This document shows, in pieces, positions 48,332 through 58,000 of a stretch of DNA of 64,000 nucleotides. The notes under the pieces are model-generated. The model was not told the origin of the DNA, did not search any database, and saw only the letters and a program-made list of their open reading frames with translations. A program made the position numbers and the translations under genes. Source of the DNA: a virus; the IMG/VR virus record IMGVR_UViG_3300035158_000293, positions 1 through 64,000 of that record. One strand, given 5' to 3'. Within the stretch, counting starts at the first letter, position 1. The number at the start of each line of letters is the position of its first letter.

Positions 48332-48798
48332 GGTTGCCCTCCTTCGGATACTGCATCCACTCTCTGCCGTCGAGCGTCTGATTTCACAAAGCGCCCGGTT
48401 TTAGGATCGCGCTTGCGTTGTCTGTTGTGTAAGCGGTTGTGTTCGGAAATAGTCATTAGTTTAAGGTTGGATAATCGGTTGTCGCTCCTGTCTCCATTTA
48501 TGTGGTGTATTACGTGTCCTTTGGGCAGAACATTCCCGGCTGACAACCAAACAAGTATGTGCTCTCTGACATATCCGTTTGAATCGCCTATGGGGTGTGA
48601 CGCCCCGACACGAATAAGCACATACCCCATTTGGTCGCGCAATCTACCAGAGTTCCATCGGTAGTGTTTTGAGCCTTTGGGTTTTGGACTTTTACCCCTT
48701 CCGTCCGGTAAATCTTTTACCTCACAACCCAAAGCCTTTGCTTGTTTAGCACGCCTATGTTTAGTAGATTTGCTCACGGGGCCAGACTTTCTAGCCAC
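48328..48798 (-). CDS. HNH endonuclease (free-standing, homing type)
   Basis: GTG start with GGAGG SD; HYRWNSGR...GYVREHILVW...IHHINGDRSDNRLSNL...EHNRLH. Confidence 0.9.
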   Translation of the reverse strand: MARKSGPVSKSTKHRRAKQAKALGCEVKDLPDGRGKSPKPKGSKHYRWNSGRLRDQMGYVLIRVGASHPIGDSNGYVREHILVWLSAGNVLPKGHVIHHINGDRSDNRLSNLKLMTISEHNRLHNRQRKRDPKTGRFVKSDARRQRVDAVSEGGQP

Positions 48799-49615
48799 AG
48801 GGAACCTCCTCCCATTTACGCCCGTCGAGTTCGGGCAGCTTGTGCATTTTCCTGTCGACCATGATCTGCTTGAAAAAGAATGGGGTGCTGGACTCGACGC
48901 ATTGATCGCGCACACTACGCACCCAATCGGGGTGCATGGGTCGCGCGTTCGGCCCTGACTCGCCGCCGACGATTACCCAGTCGATGCCGTCAATGTCAAC
49001 CGGGAATTCGGTGCCGCTCCAACATGCGAGACAATCACCACATCCCCCGCAACCTGTTTCGTGGATAGAGAGCCAGCGGCGCATATCCACCGGCCCCAAC
49101 ATCGGCTCAATACTGAGAAACCGCACCGCCGCCGGTGTCTGAATCAGGTAGCGAGCCCTCTTGTCGAAGGTACCCTGATTTTCAGCGGTTGCACCCAACC
49201 AAACATTGGGGAGTGGGGATTTGCCCAACCTCCTGAAAAACCGCAACATCCGATCAGCACGTTTCGTGAGTATCTGGTAGATGTGCTGTGGTGTTTTTGA
49301 CGCAACGTCAAGAATCCGCGTTATCCACGCATCGGGAACCCGAGGGTGAAAGAGATCGCCCATCGACGAAACAAATACCCGACGGGGTTTCGTCCATCGG
49401 AGTGGTTTCTCAAGCTGGGATTCCACAAAAGTCGTTTTTCCGTTCCAACGACCGTCCGTTATAACCTCAGAATACTGGGGTGTATTGGGGTTCACGGACA
49501 AACGCTTACCGTCCCGCTCCGCGTAACAATTCTCGCACCCCTCAGAAACCTTACTACACCCTATAACCACATTCCAAGTGGCGTCCGTCCACTCAATGCG
49601 CGATTTGTCTGCCAT
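48791..49615 (-). CDS. Phage Gp37/Gp68 (DUF5131) family protein
   Basis: SRIEWTDATWN..IGCSKVSEGCENCYAE, VFVSSMGDLFH, QILTKR, DWVIVGGESG, PFFFKQ. Confidence 0.92.
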   Translation of the reverse strand: MADKSRIEWTDATWNVVIGCSKVSEGCENCYAERDGKRLSVNPNTPQYSEVITDGRWNGKTTFVESQLEKPLRWTKPRRVFVSSMGDLFHPRVPDAWITRILDVASKTPQHIYQILTKRADRMLRFFRRLGKSPLPNVWLGATAENQGTFDKRARYLIQTPAAVRFLSIEPMLGPVDMRRWLSIHETGCGGCGDCLACWSGTEFPVDIDGIDWVIVGGESGPNARPMHPDWVRSVRDQCVESSTPFFFKQIMVDRKMHKLPELDGRKWEEVPCG

Positions 49616-49709
49616 ACAACAGCCCCCTGCTCGTTCGGTTTGGTTGGCGTCTTGCGAGCACTACAACGGTCACTTGCCGCCCCCGCGCTCGCAAAACGGG
49701 CACAACCAG

Positions 49710-50624
49710 TCAACACCCGCTGGTTGTCTTCTCTATGATTACCCGGTGCCGGACGACATCGGCCTTGTACAAGTAGTAATCCTCGGGGAGACCTTTAGAA
49801 TTAGGTCGGCGGTATGGGCGGTCTGCAAGCACGCCTACACACGTTTGAACACCCTTAATGAGCCGCCCGTCAAGCAACTCACACTCAAGATGGACTCCCA
49901 ATTGGTGACGCGACAACCCATCTATCCAATCGGTGTACGTTTTGCCCTCCGCAAGCAGGGCTGCCAGTTTTTTGATGGCTAGCCGGTAAGCTTTGTGGCG
50001 CACGCGGTCGCTGTCGTACTCCTCCGTCACGGTGCGGCCCGTAGGTAGATGGATTGCACTGAGGCGACCTCCGGGGAGACAGTTTTCTGTGAAAGGCGTC
50101 TCGTGTCGGTAATCGGTGATGTACAAGTCAAGAGGGTCAATCGGTATCGCGGCCTCTTCCTTGGTCCAATCCCGCGCCAACCAAGCATCCCAATACGCCT
50201 TGTCCGCCTGCGCCTTTTTCCCTTTCGGCTCCACCGCCCACCAATAACCCTCATACGGGTCCACCTCGCCTCCCCAATACTCGGAGTAGTGGTCGGGGTC
50301 TTTACGCACCAGATTCGCACGATGCGAAATGTGGAGGCGCGGATCGCCCAACCAAATCGGAGGAGACGTTAATGGTGGCTTCGCATCTGTACACCACTCT
50401 TCTCTGCGCCGACTACCCTCGCAAAGGCAACAAGCCTTGTAAAAGTCCAACCAATCCTCATGCCCCCGCCACATCCTCACAATCGGATGCTGCCCCCACG
50501 GACCCTCTGGATTGGCGCAAGCTTCTCGAATTTGGTCACATTCCTTAACCTGATTCCGCAAACGCTTGTCATCGAGTACACGGGCGCACCTTGCGAAATC
50601 GCTATACGGTAGAAACGTCTGCAT
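49710..50624 (-). CDS. Pyrimidine-dimer DNA glycosylase-like (MSMEG_6728/DenV family) protein with C-terminal extensions
   Basis: MQTFLPYSDF..CARVLDDKRL..QVKE...HPIVRMWRGHE...PIWLGD..LHISHRANLVRKDPDHY. Confidence 0.85.
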   Translation of the reverse strand: MQTFLPYSDFARCARVLDDKRLRNQVKECDQIREACANPEGPWGQHPIVRMWRGHEDWLDFYKACCLCEGSRRREEWCTDAKPPLTSPPIWLGDPRLHISHRANLVRKDPDHYSEYWGGEVDPYEGYWWAVEPKGKKAQADKAYWDAWLARDWTKEEAAIPIDPLDLYITDYRHETPFTENCLPGGRLSAIHLPTGRTVTEEYDSDRVRHKAYRLAIKKLAALLAEGKTYTDWIDGLSRHQLGVHLECELLDGRLIKGVQTCVGVLADRPYRRPNSKGLPEDYYLYKADVVRHRVIIEKTTSGC

Positions 50625-50645
50625 TCGTTGCCCCTTCCTTGCGGT

Positions 50646-50996
50646 TCACTCCCCGCCGATCTCTATACGGCGTTTCAGGAGGCACAACCGCACCATGAAT
50701 GATTTAAGTAGCCGAAGAGCCTCTAAATAAGACCTGTTGTGGTGCTCATTTTCGGGGTGCGTGACGTATAGGTCGGCTTGTGCGCATCCTTTAAGGGTGG
50801 CAATAGCCTCTTCCAAAATCTCTATCCGACGTGTTACACGCGCCAATGCAGGCTCTCTCTCGCGTTTGGCCAACGCATCTTGTGCTTGTTTTGTTTCGTT
50901 GTGGAACGCTTCCACACATTCCAGACTACAAAAATTCCGGTACTCGGTGAAACCATCCTTTATGCAAGCCCCGCAATGTACACAGGTTGATTCCAT
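50646..50996 (-). CDS. Zn-finger/coiled-coil hypothetical protein
   Basis: Start moved to MESTCVHCG; FCSLEC. Confidence 0.6.
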   Translation of the reverse strand: MESTCVHCGACIKDGFTEYRNFCSLECVEAFHNETKQAQDALAKREREPALARVTRRIEILEEAIATLKGCAQADLYVTHPENEHHNRSYLEALRLLKSFMVRLCLLKRRIEIGGE

Positions 50997-51007
50997 TGCA
51001 CGCCCCT

Positions 51008-51352
51008 TCAACGCCGTCGTTTGCGCCGGTACTTCCTCTGTCCGGCCACTTGTAGTTTGTCCCGGTAAGAGACTGACACCTCGTTCTCTTTGACTTTTTT
51101 GACGCGGAACGGAACGTCGGCTGTGCGGAGTGACCGTATGATCTTTTTGCCAACTTTCCTCCACCCCGCTTCTGTGAACCAGAAGAAGACCTTGTGAGTC
51201 ATCCCGTGCCCCGGCAAACGCAGACCCGCCGCTTGCATTATCTCACCGGGGGCCAAGGCACCCGCTTCACTACACTCCCAATTGACCCACATGGCGTCAC
51301 AGCCATGCCAACTCCTCATGTCCTCGTTATAAACTTCAATCCGCCGGAACAT
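51008..51352 (-). CDS. Hypothetical phage protein
   Basis: FWFTEAGWRKVG...YRDKLQVA. Confidence 0.65.
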   Translation of the reverse strand: MFRRIEVYNEDMRSWHGCDAMWVNWECSEAGALAPGEIMQAAGLRLPGHGMTHKVFFWFTEAGWRKVGKKIIRSLRTADVPFRVKKVKENEVSVSYRDKLQVAGQRKYRRKRRR

Positions 51353-51397
51353 CCTCGTGTCCCCCTAATTAGGATGTGATGGCCAGTCCTTCTGGAA

Positions 51398-51631
51398 CTA
51401 CGACCCCATGTACTCGCTGTCGTCTGTCTGCCAGTCGTGTACGGGGCAATTGCTGAAAAGTGTACCGTCTCGGCAGGTGCATTTCAAAGCCTCTGCCTCC
51501 TTTGCTTCCTTCCGACGTAAGTCCCGTTGCGCTTGCGCTGACATGCCGCACTCGGGGCAACTCTGAAAGATCGCGTTGCGGTTTGCCAGCGTCAACCCGT
51601 AGAGGAAACCGCAATTTGAACACTTTGCCAT
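51398..51631 (-). CDS. Small double-Zn-finger protein (family of three)
   Basis: MAKCSNCG.LYG...CPECG...CTC...CPVHDW. Confidence 0.7.
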   Translation of the reverse strand: MAKCSNCGFLYGLTLANRNAIFQSCPECGMSAQAQRDLRRKEAKEAEALKCTCRDGTLFSNCPVHDWQTDDSEYMGS

Positions 51632-51666
51632 GACTGCACCTTTCTGGACAGTTTACGGGAAGCGTG

Positions 51667-51703
51667 AAAAGGGCCGCACCACCCTTTTCAAGAGTGGTGC
51701 GGC
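51667..51703 (-). terminator. Putative intrinsic terminator
   Basis: 10-bp stem GCCGCACCAC/GTGGTGCGGC (51673-51682/51694-51703) followed on the minus strand by CCTTTT. Confidence 0.65.
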
Positions 51704-51713
51704 TTGCGTGATG

Positions 51714-51983
51714 TCAATAACTCCAGCGCGGGTAATCGTCGTCGTCACGGGACCAACCATGAATTGGACAGCTCGAGTCACGACTACGTTCGCCAGCGAA
51801 ACTTCCCGGTGGGCAAGTACAGCGCGGCCCCTTGTTTCTCTGCCGCGTTTCCCGCCGCGCCTCTCGACGTATTTCGCGCTGCTCCCGTGCCGATGTGCCG
51901 CACTTGGGGCAACCCTGAAGGATCGCGTTGCGATCCGCCTTTGTCGCCCCGTAAAGATGATCGCAATTTGAACACCTCGCCAT
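51714..51983 (-). CDS. Small double-Zn-finger protein (family of three)
   Basis: Start moved to MARCSNC; same GAAAGGTGYAGTCATG leader as 51631. Confidence 0.7.
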   Translation of the reverse strand: MARCSNCDHLYGATKADRNAILQGCPKCGTSAREQREIRREARRETRQRNKGPRCTCPPGSFAGERSRDSSCPIHGWSRDDDDYPRWSY

Positions 51984-52087
51984 GACTACACCTTTCCGTG
52001 CCCCAAATAGGTCCGCCAATTGGTAGTACTTCCCCGCTTTCTGCTGTCCACGCTGCCCGAGGTTGCGTTTTTAGGTCCACTTGGGGA

Positions 52088-55000
52088 CTATTCCGCGTCC
52101 GCCTCTTTTATGAGCGTCGTGAGGCCCTCTGGCGCGTTAAACGGGTTCGAGCCTTCGGCAGCTTGGAACCAGACTCTCGTAGTGGCCCCTTCCACGAATT
52201 CCCGCAGGGCTGCGTCACTCTCGAACCTCGCAATTATTATATCACCGATTTTTGCCTCATACAAGTTTTTTCTCGGAAAAGATTGCAAAACAAGCAAATC
52301 GTCGGGTCCGGGGCTCTCGATACCATAAGGCCCGAAGGCACACTCTGAAAGGGATTTCAGGGCGTTGACGAACTCCATACCCTTGACCGGGAAGTCCCAC
52401 GGATCGCGTCGGCCTGCAAGCCACCGCCCGAAATACCGGAAGAACGCATTGGGGTCGTCGAAGCCGCGCAGTTTGGCGACCCGCACAATCTCTCCCGCGT
52501 GTACGCTGTACAGCACGTCCAACGTCAGCTTCACTACCTTGTCAAGGGTGGCCTTGTCTGGATTGTAAAGCGGGTGAGGCTCTTCCTCGGGTTCATAGAA
52601 CGAAGCCAGCGTATCCGCCTCCATTTGGAGCTTGCGCTCGAGCTTTTTCAGAATGCTCTCCGCCGCCGTCTTCTGTTTTGGTGTACCTGCGGGAAAGCTT
52701 CTTTTGCTCCCCTCCTGTAGTATTCCGCGGCGCTCCTCTGCAAGCACCCCGTGATGTACCTGTTCAGGGTGCAAACGTGCCACGGCGTCGCTCTCCTGCA
52801 CCTTTTTCAGGTCCACGAAACCACCACGGTCCACAAGTAGTACCTTGTTGCCGGTAACGATGACATCGCCGATTGACATGGACGTGTGATCGATGCCCTT
52901 CTGTTTGAGCAGTTTTCGCGCTTCCCCGTGCGGGCTCCACAACCGCGCCTGCATCGCTCGGAACAGCTTCTCGGGGTCGCGTTCCTTCACCTTGCCAAGC
53001 AGGATATGGGTTTTCCGCAGGTTTTTGGGGTCGGGTAGTGCGTCGTGATCCTTCGCCCAATCGAAACCCATGCCAAGGTCGCGACTCACGCCGGTTTTCA
53101 TGTACCATATTTCGGTGTCACCCTCTGCCAAACCCGGAACGTACCGTGCCGCAACATTGAGGTTGCGATACTCGGTCACTTCGTTGACGGGACTACCCTC
53201 GGCAAGAGGCACCATAACGACACCGCCAATACCGAACACCGCCGGGTGGATGTCCTCCGTGAAATGTTTCGGGAGGCCCTTGACGGGTTTTATCTGCTTG
53301 CGTTTGGGGTACAAGTACTCCGCGTAGTCAAGAAGGGTCTTGCTCAAATCCTTCTCAACGAAGAACGAAGCGCCTTTCACAATCCGACGCCCTCCTCGAC
53401 CCCTCTTAACGCGCCAACCCGCTCGAACCAAACCGCGTATCAGGTCGCGCCCTTTGAGAGGCACGCGCTTGTTCGTTCCAATACCTACGGGTACGTTAAT
53501 CCGCGTGTGCAGGTGCTTCCGTACCCGTCCCGCACGCAGAGGAGGGAACTGTTCGGCAAACCCGTCGGTGTCTTCGTAGTCGGCTTGCTTCTTTTGCTGT
53601 TCTTCCTCTTTTTCCTTCGACGTCTGCGCTTTCGCTTTTGCCGCTTCTGCCTGCGCCCTGTTGAACGCTATCTCGCCCACAAGCTGATCGACGGGCAACA
53701 ACTCCATAAATTTTGCTGGTCGGTCTGATTGTGAGATGGCTACCATGCCCTTGTCTTCGTCGTAAGCCTCCACACGTCGTATAACGGTGGGTTCCTTTGC
53801 GTCTCGGCCTGCCGCGGTTTCCCACTCGGTGCCTACATAACCGGGTTTAACGAGCTTCTTCGCCGCCGCTATGTCCCGGCCTTCTGCAAGGTCATTTGAC
53901 ATTGTGTCACTCGACTCCGCTTTCAAACCGCGTATCATGCTGTCGAGATAGCGGTTGAGTTTTGTGATGCGTAGTCCACCCTCGCGTTTCGCCAAAGCGT
54001 CAAGGTCATCTTCGGTCCAACGCGCTTTTGTTTTCACACGCGCCACAAACGTGTCCAACTGCTCCGGGGCTTTGAATTTGTAGACCGGATTCATGTCACG
54101 ATTGTTCTGTGTGAGGTTTTTGAAGAGCGCACGGGGAACATTCGCACCCCGTGTGTCCTTTGTACCGGCATAACGGGGTTTTGCCGCTTTGCCGGGGGCT
54201 GTTTTCGGCAAATCGTAGTCGACATAAAGGGCAAACTCGTCAACCACCCCGCGCCCCGGCTGCTTCGACCACTCGATTTCGATGGGTTTCCGCGCTTCGA
54301 CAATATCACATCTATTACCTTCGGTAATAGTATGTGTATTTGTCGGCACCTCAGAATCGTCCGGTTTTGACGTTGTGTCAATCGAAACACCCCGCTCGAT
54401 ACGGTCGATAATGCGGAGAATCTCCTGCACGGTGTAGTCACAATCCTCCGCCTCGCCCACCGTAACCTGCTGGTTCACGTTGCGGGCGAGTGCGTTCAGC
54501 TTGTCGAGGGTCCAGTCACGCCCCTGTGCTACGTTGAACGCAAACGCGGACGCTGTAACCTGATCCGGGAACTTGTACGTGAACTCTCGGCTGTTCTCCA
54601 ACGTAATGCGCACAACGGCTTTATCGTTTTTAATCCGCAGGATGCGTGTGCCGTCCACCCGCGCCGTCCGGTAAACATAACGGTCGGGTGCGGAGTCCTC
54701 CACCGTGAGACTCACCTCTATGGTGTTTGCATCCGGTGCAACCGCTTCTGTTTTGGCGGCTATGCGGGAGCGCGGTAGTGTGACCAACGCTTCACCCTTC
54801 TCGAGCTTCGTCATGTCGGTCTGTTTCACCGCAGGCTCGTTGCGGCCCTTGCCGATGGGATACTTGTATGCGTCCCCGCCCTGCCACGGGTAAACCGAGA
54901 GGTCCGACACGGCGGCCTGCTTCCTCACTACCTCTTCCATAAATTCAGGCAGCACGCGCTCCACCGCCTGCGTCACAGCCACCGCGTCAACGTCGGGGGA

Positions 55001-58000
55001 ATCAATCTGCACGGAGTAAACCGACGCCGTCTGCCCATCGCCCACGGCAGCGGACGCACGAATAACGGAGCCAACGACCTGCTCGCCTCGACGTATCGTC
55101 ACACCGCTTTCGTCTCTGCGAAGTGTAACGCGCTTACCGTCTCCGTAGTGAACATCCCGAGTGATTATCGGCGCACGCCACTTGGATTCCCCAAACGTGC
55201 CGCGCGAAGTCTTCAAGGCTACTTCCGGGATGTCATACTTGTGAAGCGTGCTGTTGCCTCTCGGCATCTGCCCCACATGCGCCGCGGCGCTGGTCATCGC
55301 TTGTGCAAACGTGGGGAAGGTGCTCCACAAACGATATGCGTTCACATCGTTGCCCTCATTGACATACACACGGAACGGCCCGTCGGTGGAACCGCTCTCG
55401 GTAGTGAACATGACCGACCACCCGTTTACGAGGTCGGACCCGACGTACTGCTCCTGCGGCTCCAAAAATTCGACGATGCTCTCTTGGAACGGGTTCTTAT
55501 TCCGCGGGTAGTAAATGTCCGTATCCGGGTCGTAATAGCAACCCTCGCGGGGGTCGTAATAAACCACCTTGCCCGTGGGCGTCTGGAAAGGCCCCTCGAG
55601 TCCTTGGCGCTTCTTGTACCGTGTGCGGTCAATTGTGCCAAGGCGTTTCCAGCCCTCGCCCAAGAGCCCAACGCCGTCTGTCCTATCCCCACCGTGAATC
55701 AGGTTGTACCGCGCAAGACTGTCGAGATAAACGCGCCCGTTCAAAAGCATGAACGTCGGCTGTCCCGCGTCTCCCCGGTCAACGTACACCAAGTCATCGA
55801 GACGCTCGACGGGGTGCTTGACGCGCTCCCCGATGTCCCGCAGAGCCTGCTCGGTAGTCACCTTGCCTTTTTGAACCTGCGCCGCGATAACAGCGGCCAG
55901 CTCGGGTGAGATATTTGGGAAGGCGTTGTGTACGTCCACGGCATTCGTGGCGCTTTTAAGCATGTTGTCACCCGCCTCCGTAGTCTCCTGCGCCAAACCC
56001 GCGTTCTGGCCTTGGTCGAGTGCCGCAAACCCGCGGTCTGTTGCCGGTAACGTCACCGACGTGTCTGCGGTTTTGCCTTCTTCTGTTTCCTCTGGCGGCA
56101 CAAACGGTATTTGTGCGCCGAACAGCGGATGCAGGTCAGCCGGATCGGGAGCAAACGGGGCGCTTCCGGCACCCGCCTCAATGGTAGTCATGGGCGTGGA
56201 AGCCGCGTCCTGTAAGGGGTTCAGCAGGGCGTGGCGGTAGTCGGCTCTGTGCGCCAAAATACGCCCACGTTCAACAATTCCACCCCTGAAGAACGCTAAA
56301 CTCCCTTCCACCCGCGTGAATTTTGGAAAATGTGTACCCGCCACACTCTCACACACCTCCCGTTTACGCAACACGGGCATACCGCTCACAGTCTTACCCA
56401 CAACCTCATACGCACCTGCGGCTATCCCGTACCTTCCCCGACCCATTACGCTTTCTTTCAAGCCTTCCGTACCTTTTCCCTTTCTCCTTCCTTCCTCCTC
56501 CATTGACATTGTGTCAACATCGAAACCCTGCACGCCATTTTCCGTCTCGCTGACCTCTTCCGGTAGTGTCTGTCCGCCCTCTTCTCCCTCGACCTTCACT
56601 CCCGCCTTTTTAGCAACCGTCATGGTCCACGGCGTCCAGCTCACGTACATCTCCTTCGTCGTCGAACTTATGGACACCGAACCGTAATCTCCCGACACGT
56701 TGCAGGACAACCTTCTGCTTCCACTCACGGGTTCCCAATCTGGATGTGGCGTACCTTTCACCTTCGGGTCGTAGTGCATTGCGTTTTGCTCTTTCATCCA
56801 CCGGTCAATCCTCTTTACCTCCCTGCCTCTCACGTCCAGCCTCTTCAACTCCGCGTCTGCCCAGTCACTCGGGTCGCTGTTGGGATTCGCGAGTTCCTTC
56901 TCCACCCGCTTGATAGCATCCCGTATGTACGGCTGGAGTAACTTGGGTGCTTTACCCACGTTCTTCTTCGCTTCCGCTACGAGCTTCCTGTACTGCTCCC
57001 TTTGTTCCTCCTGCGTACCGGCTCCCTCTTCCAGCCTCAGAACCTTTCGTGCGAGTTTGCCCGTCTCTCCCTTTGCTTCATGCAGATTACCCATCCCGCT
57101 TTCCTCACTCTCTTTCGCGAGTGTCGGGTCCGCCGTAATGTGATCCTCGTTGTCATTCGTGAGCAACCCGAAGCCGAGTAGTCTTTCCCTTGCACCTTCC
57201 TCTTCCGGCTCTGCGGGTTCGGGGTTCGCTTGTTTCTGCACCTTCTGGCTCTCGGGGGTTTCGGTTCCCGCATCCCTCGTGTATTCCTCAAGAAACGCTT
57301 CAATCATGGCGTCGCACTCTTCCGGCAGGTCTTCGTACATCCCGTGTATTTCCTTGACCAGACTGTGTACCTCCTCGAACGTGTTCGGCACGTCGTAAGC
57401 TTTCCCTTTGAGCACTACGAGCGTACCCGCTTCCGTCTTCTTCACTCCCCACGTTCCGAAGCGGCTTGTGATCATACCCGCCTCAATCGTACCCTGATAC
57501 GTCTCTGCGATTTCCTCAAAGTACGGCTGTTGCTTCCTCCTATCCACGCAATCGAGGCACATCGTCCGTGCTTCCTCGTCCACCACGACGGGTTCATCTT
57601 CCGCAAGCACCGTGTTGCACGACGCACACCTCTCTATGTCGAGTGGAACGTAGTCCCATGTGATTTGCGCTTTTTGCCTTTGCTCTTCCAGCTTCAACTC
57701 ACCCACCGCACGGTCGAACGCTTGCCGGAACAAGTCTGTGAAATACTCCTCGTCCTCTATTTGCGGCATGTGCATCCACGCCGCTCTCGCAAGCTGTTTT
57801 GTGAGCGCCACACCCTCGTTGTTCCTTGCCGCGTAGTTCGTTGCTTCCCTTTGGAGCTTGGGGGACAGCTTCTCGGTTGTGTCCTTCCGATACAGCTTTG
57901 CTATTTCATCCCCGAAGCGTTTCTGTTTGCTCTCGGAAACTACTGTACTTTCGTTCGGTTCATTTATTGACATTGTGTCAAACTCCCTTCGGTGGGTTTG

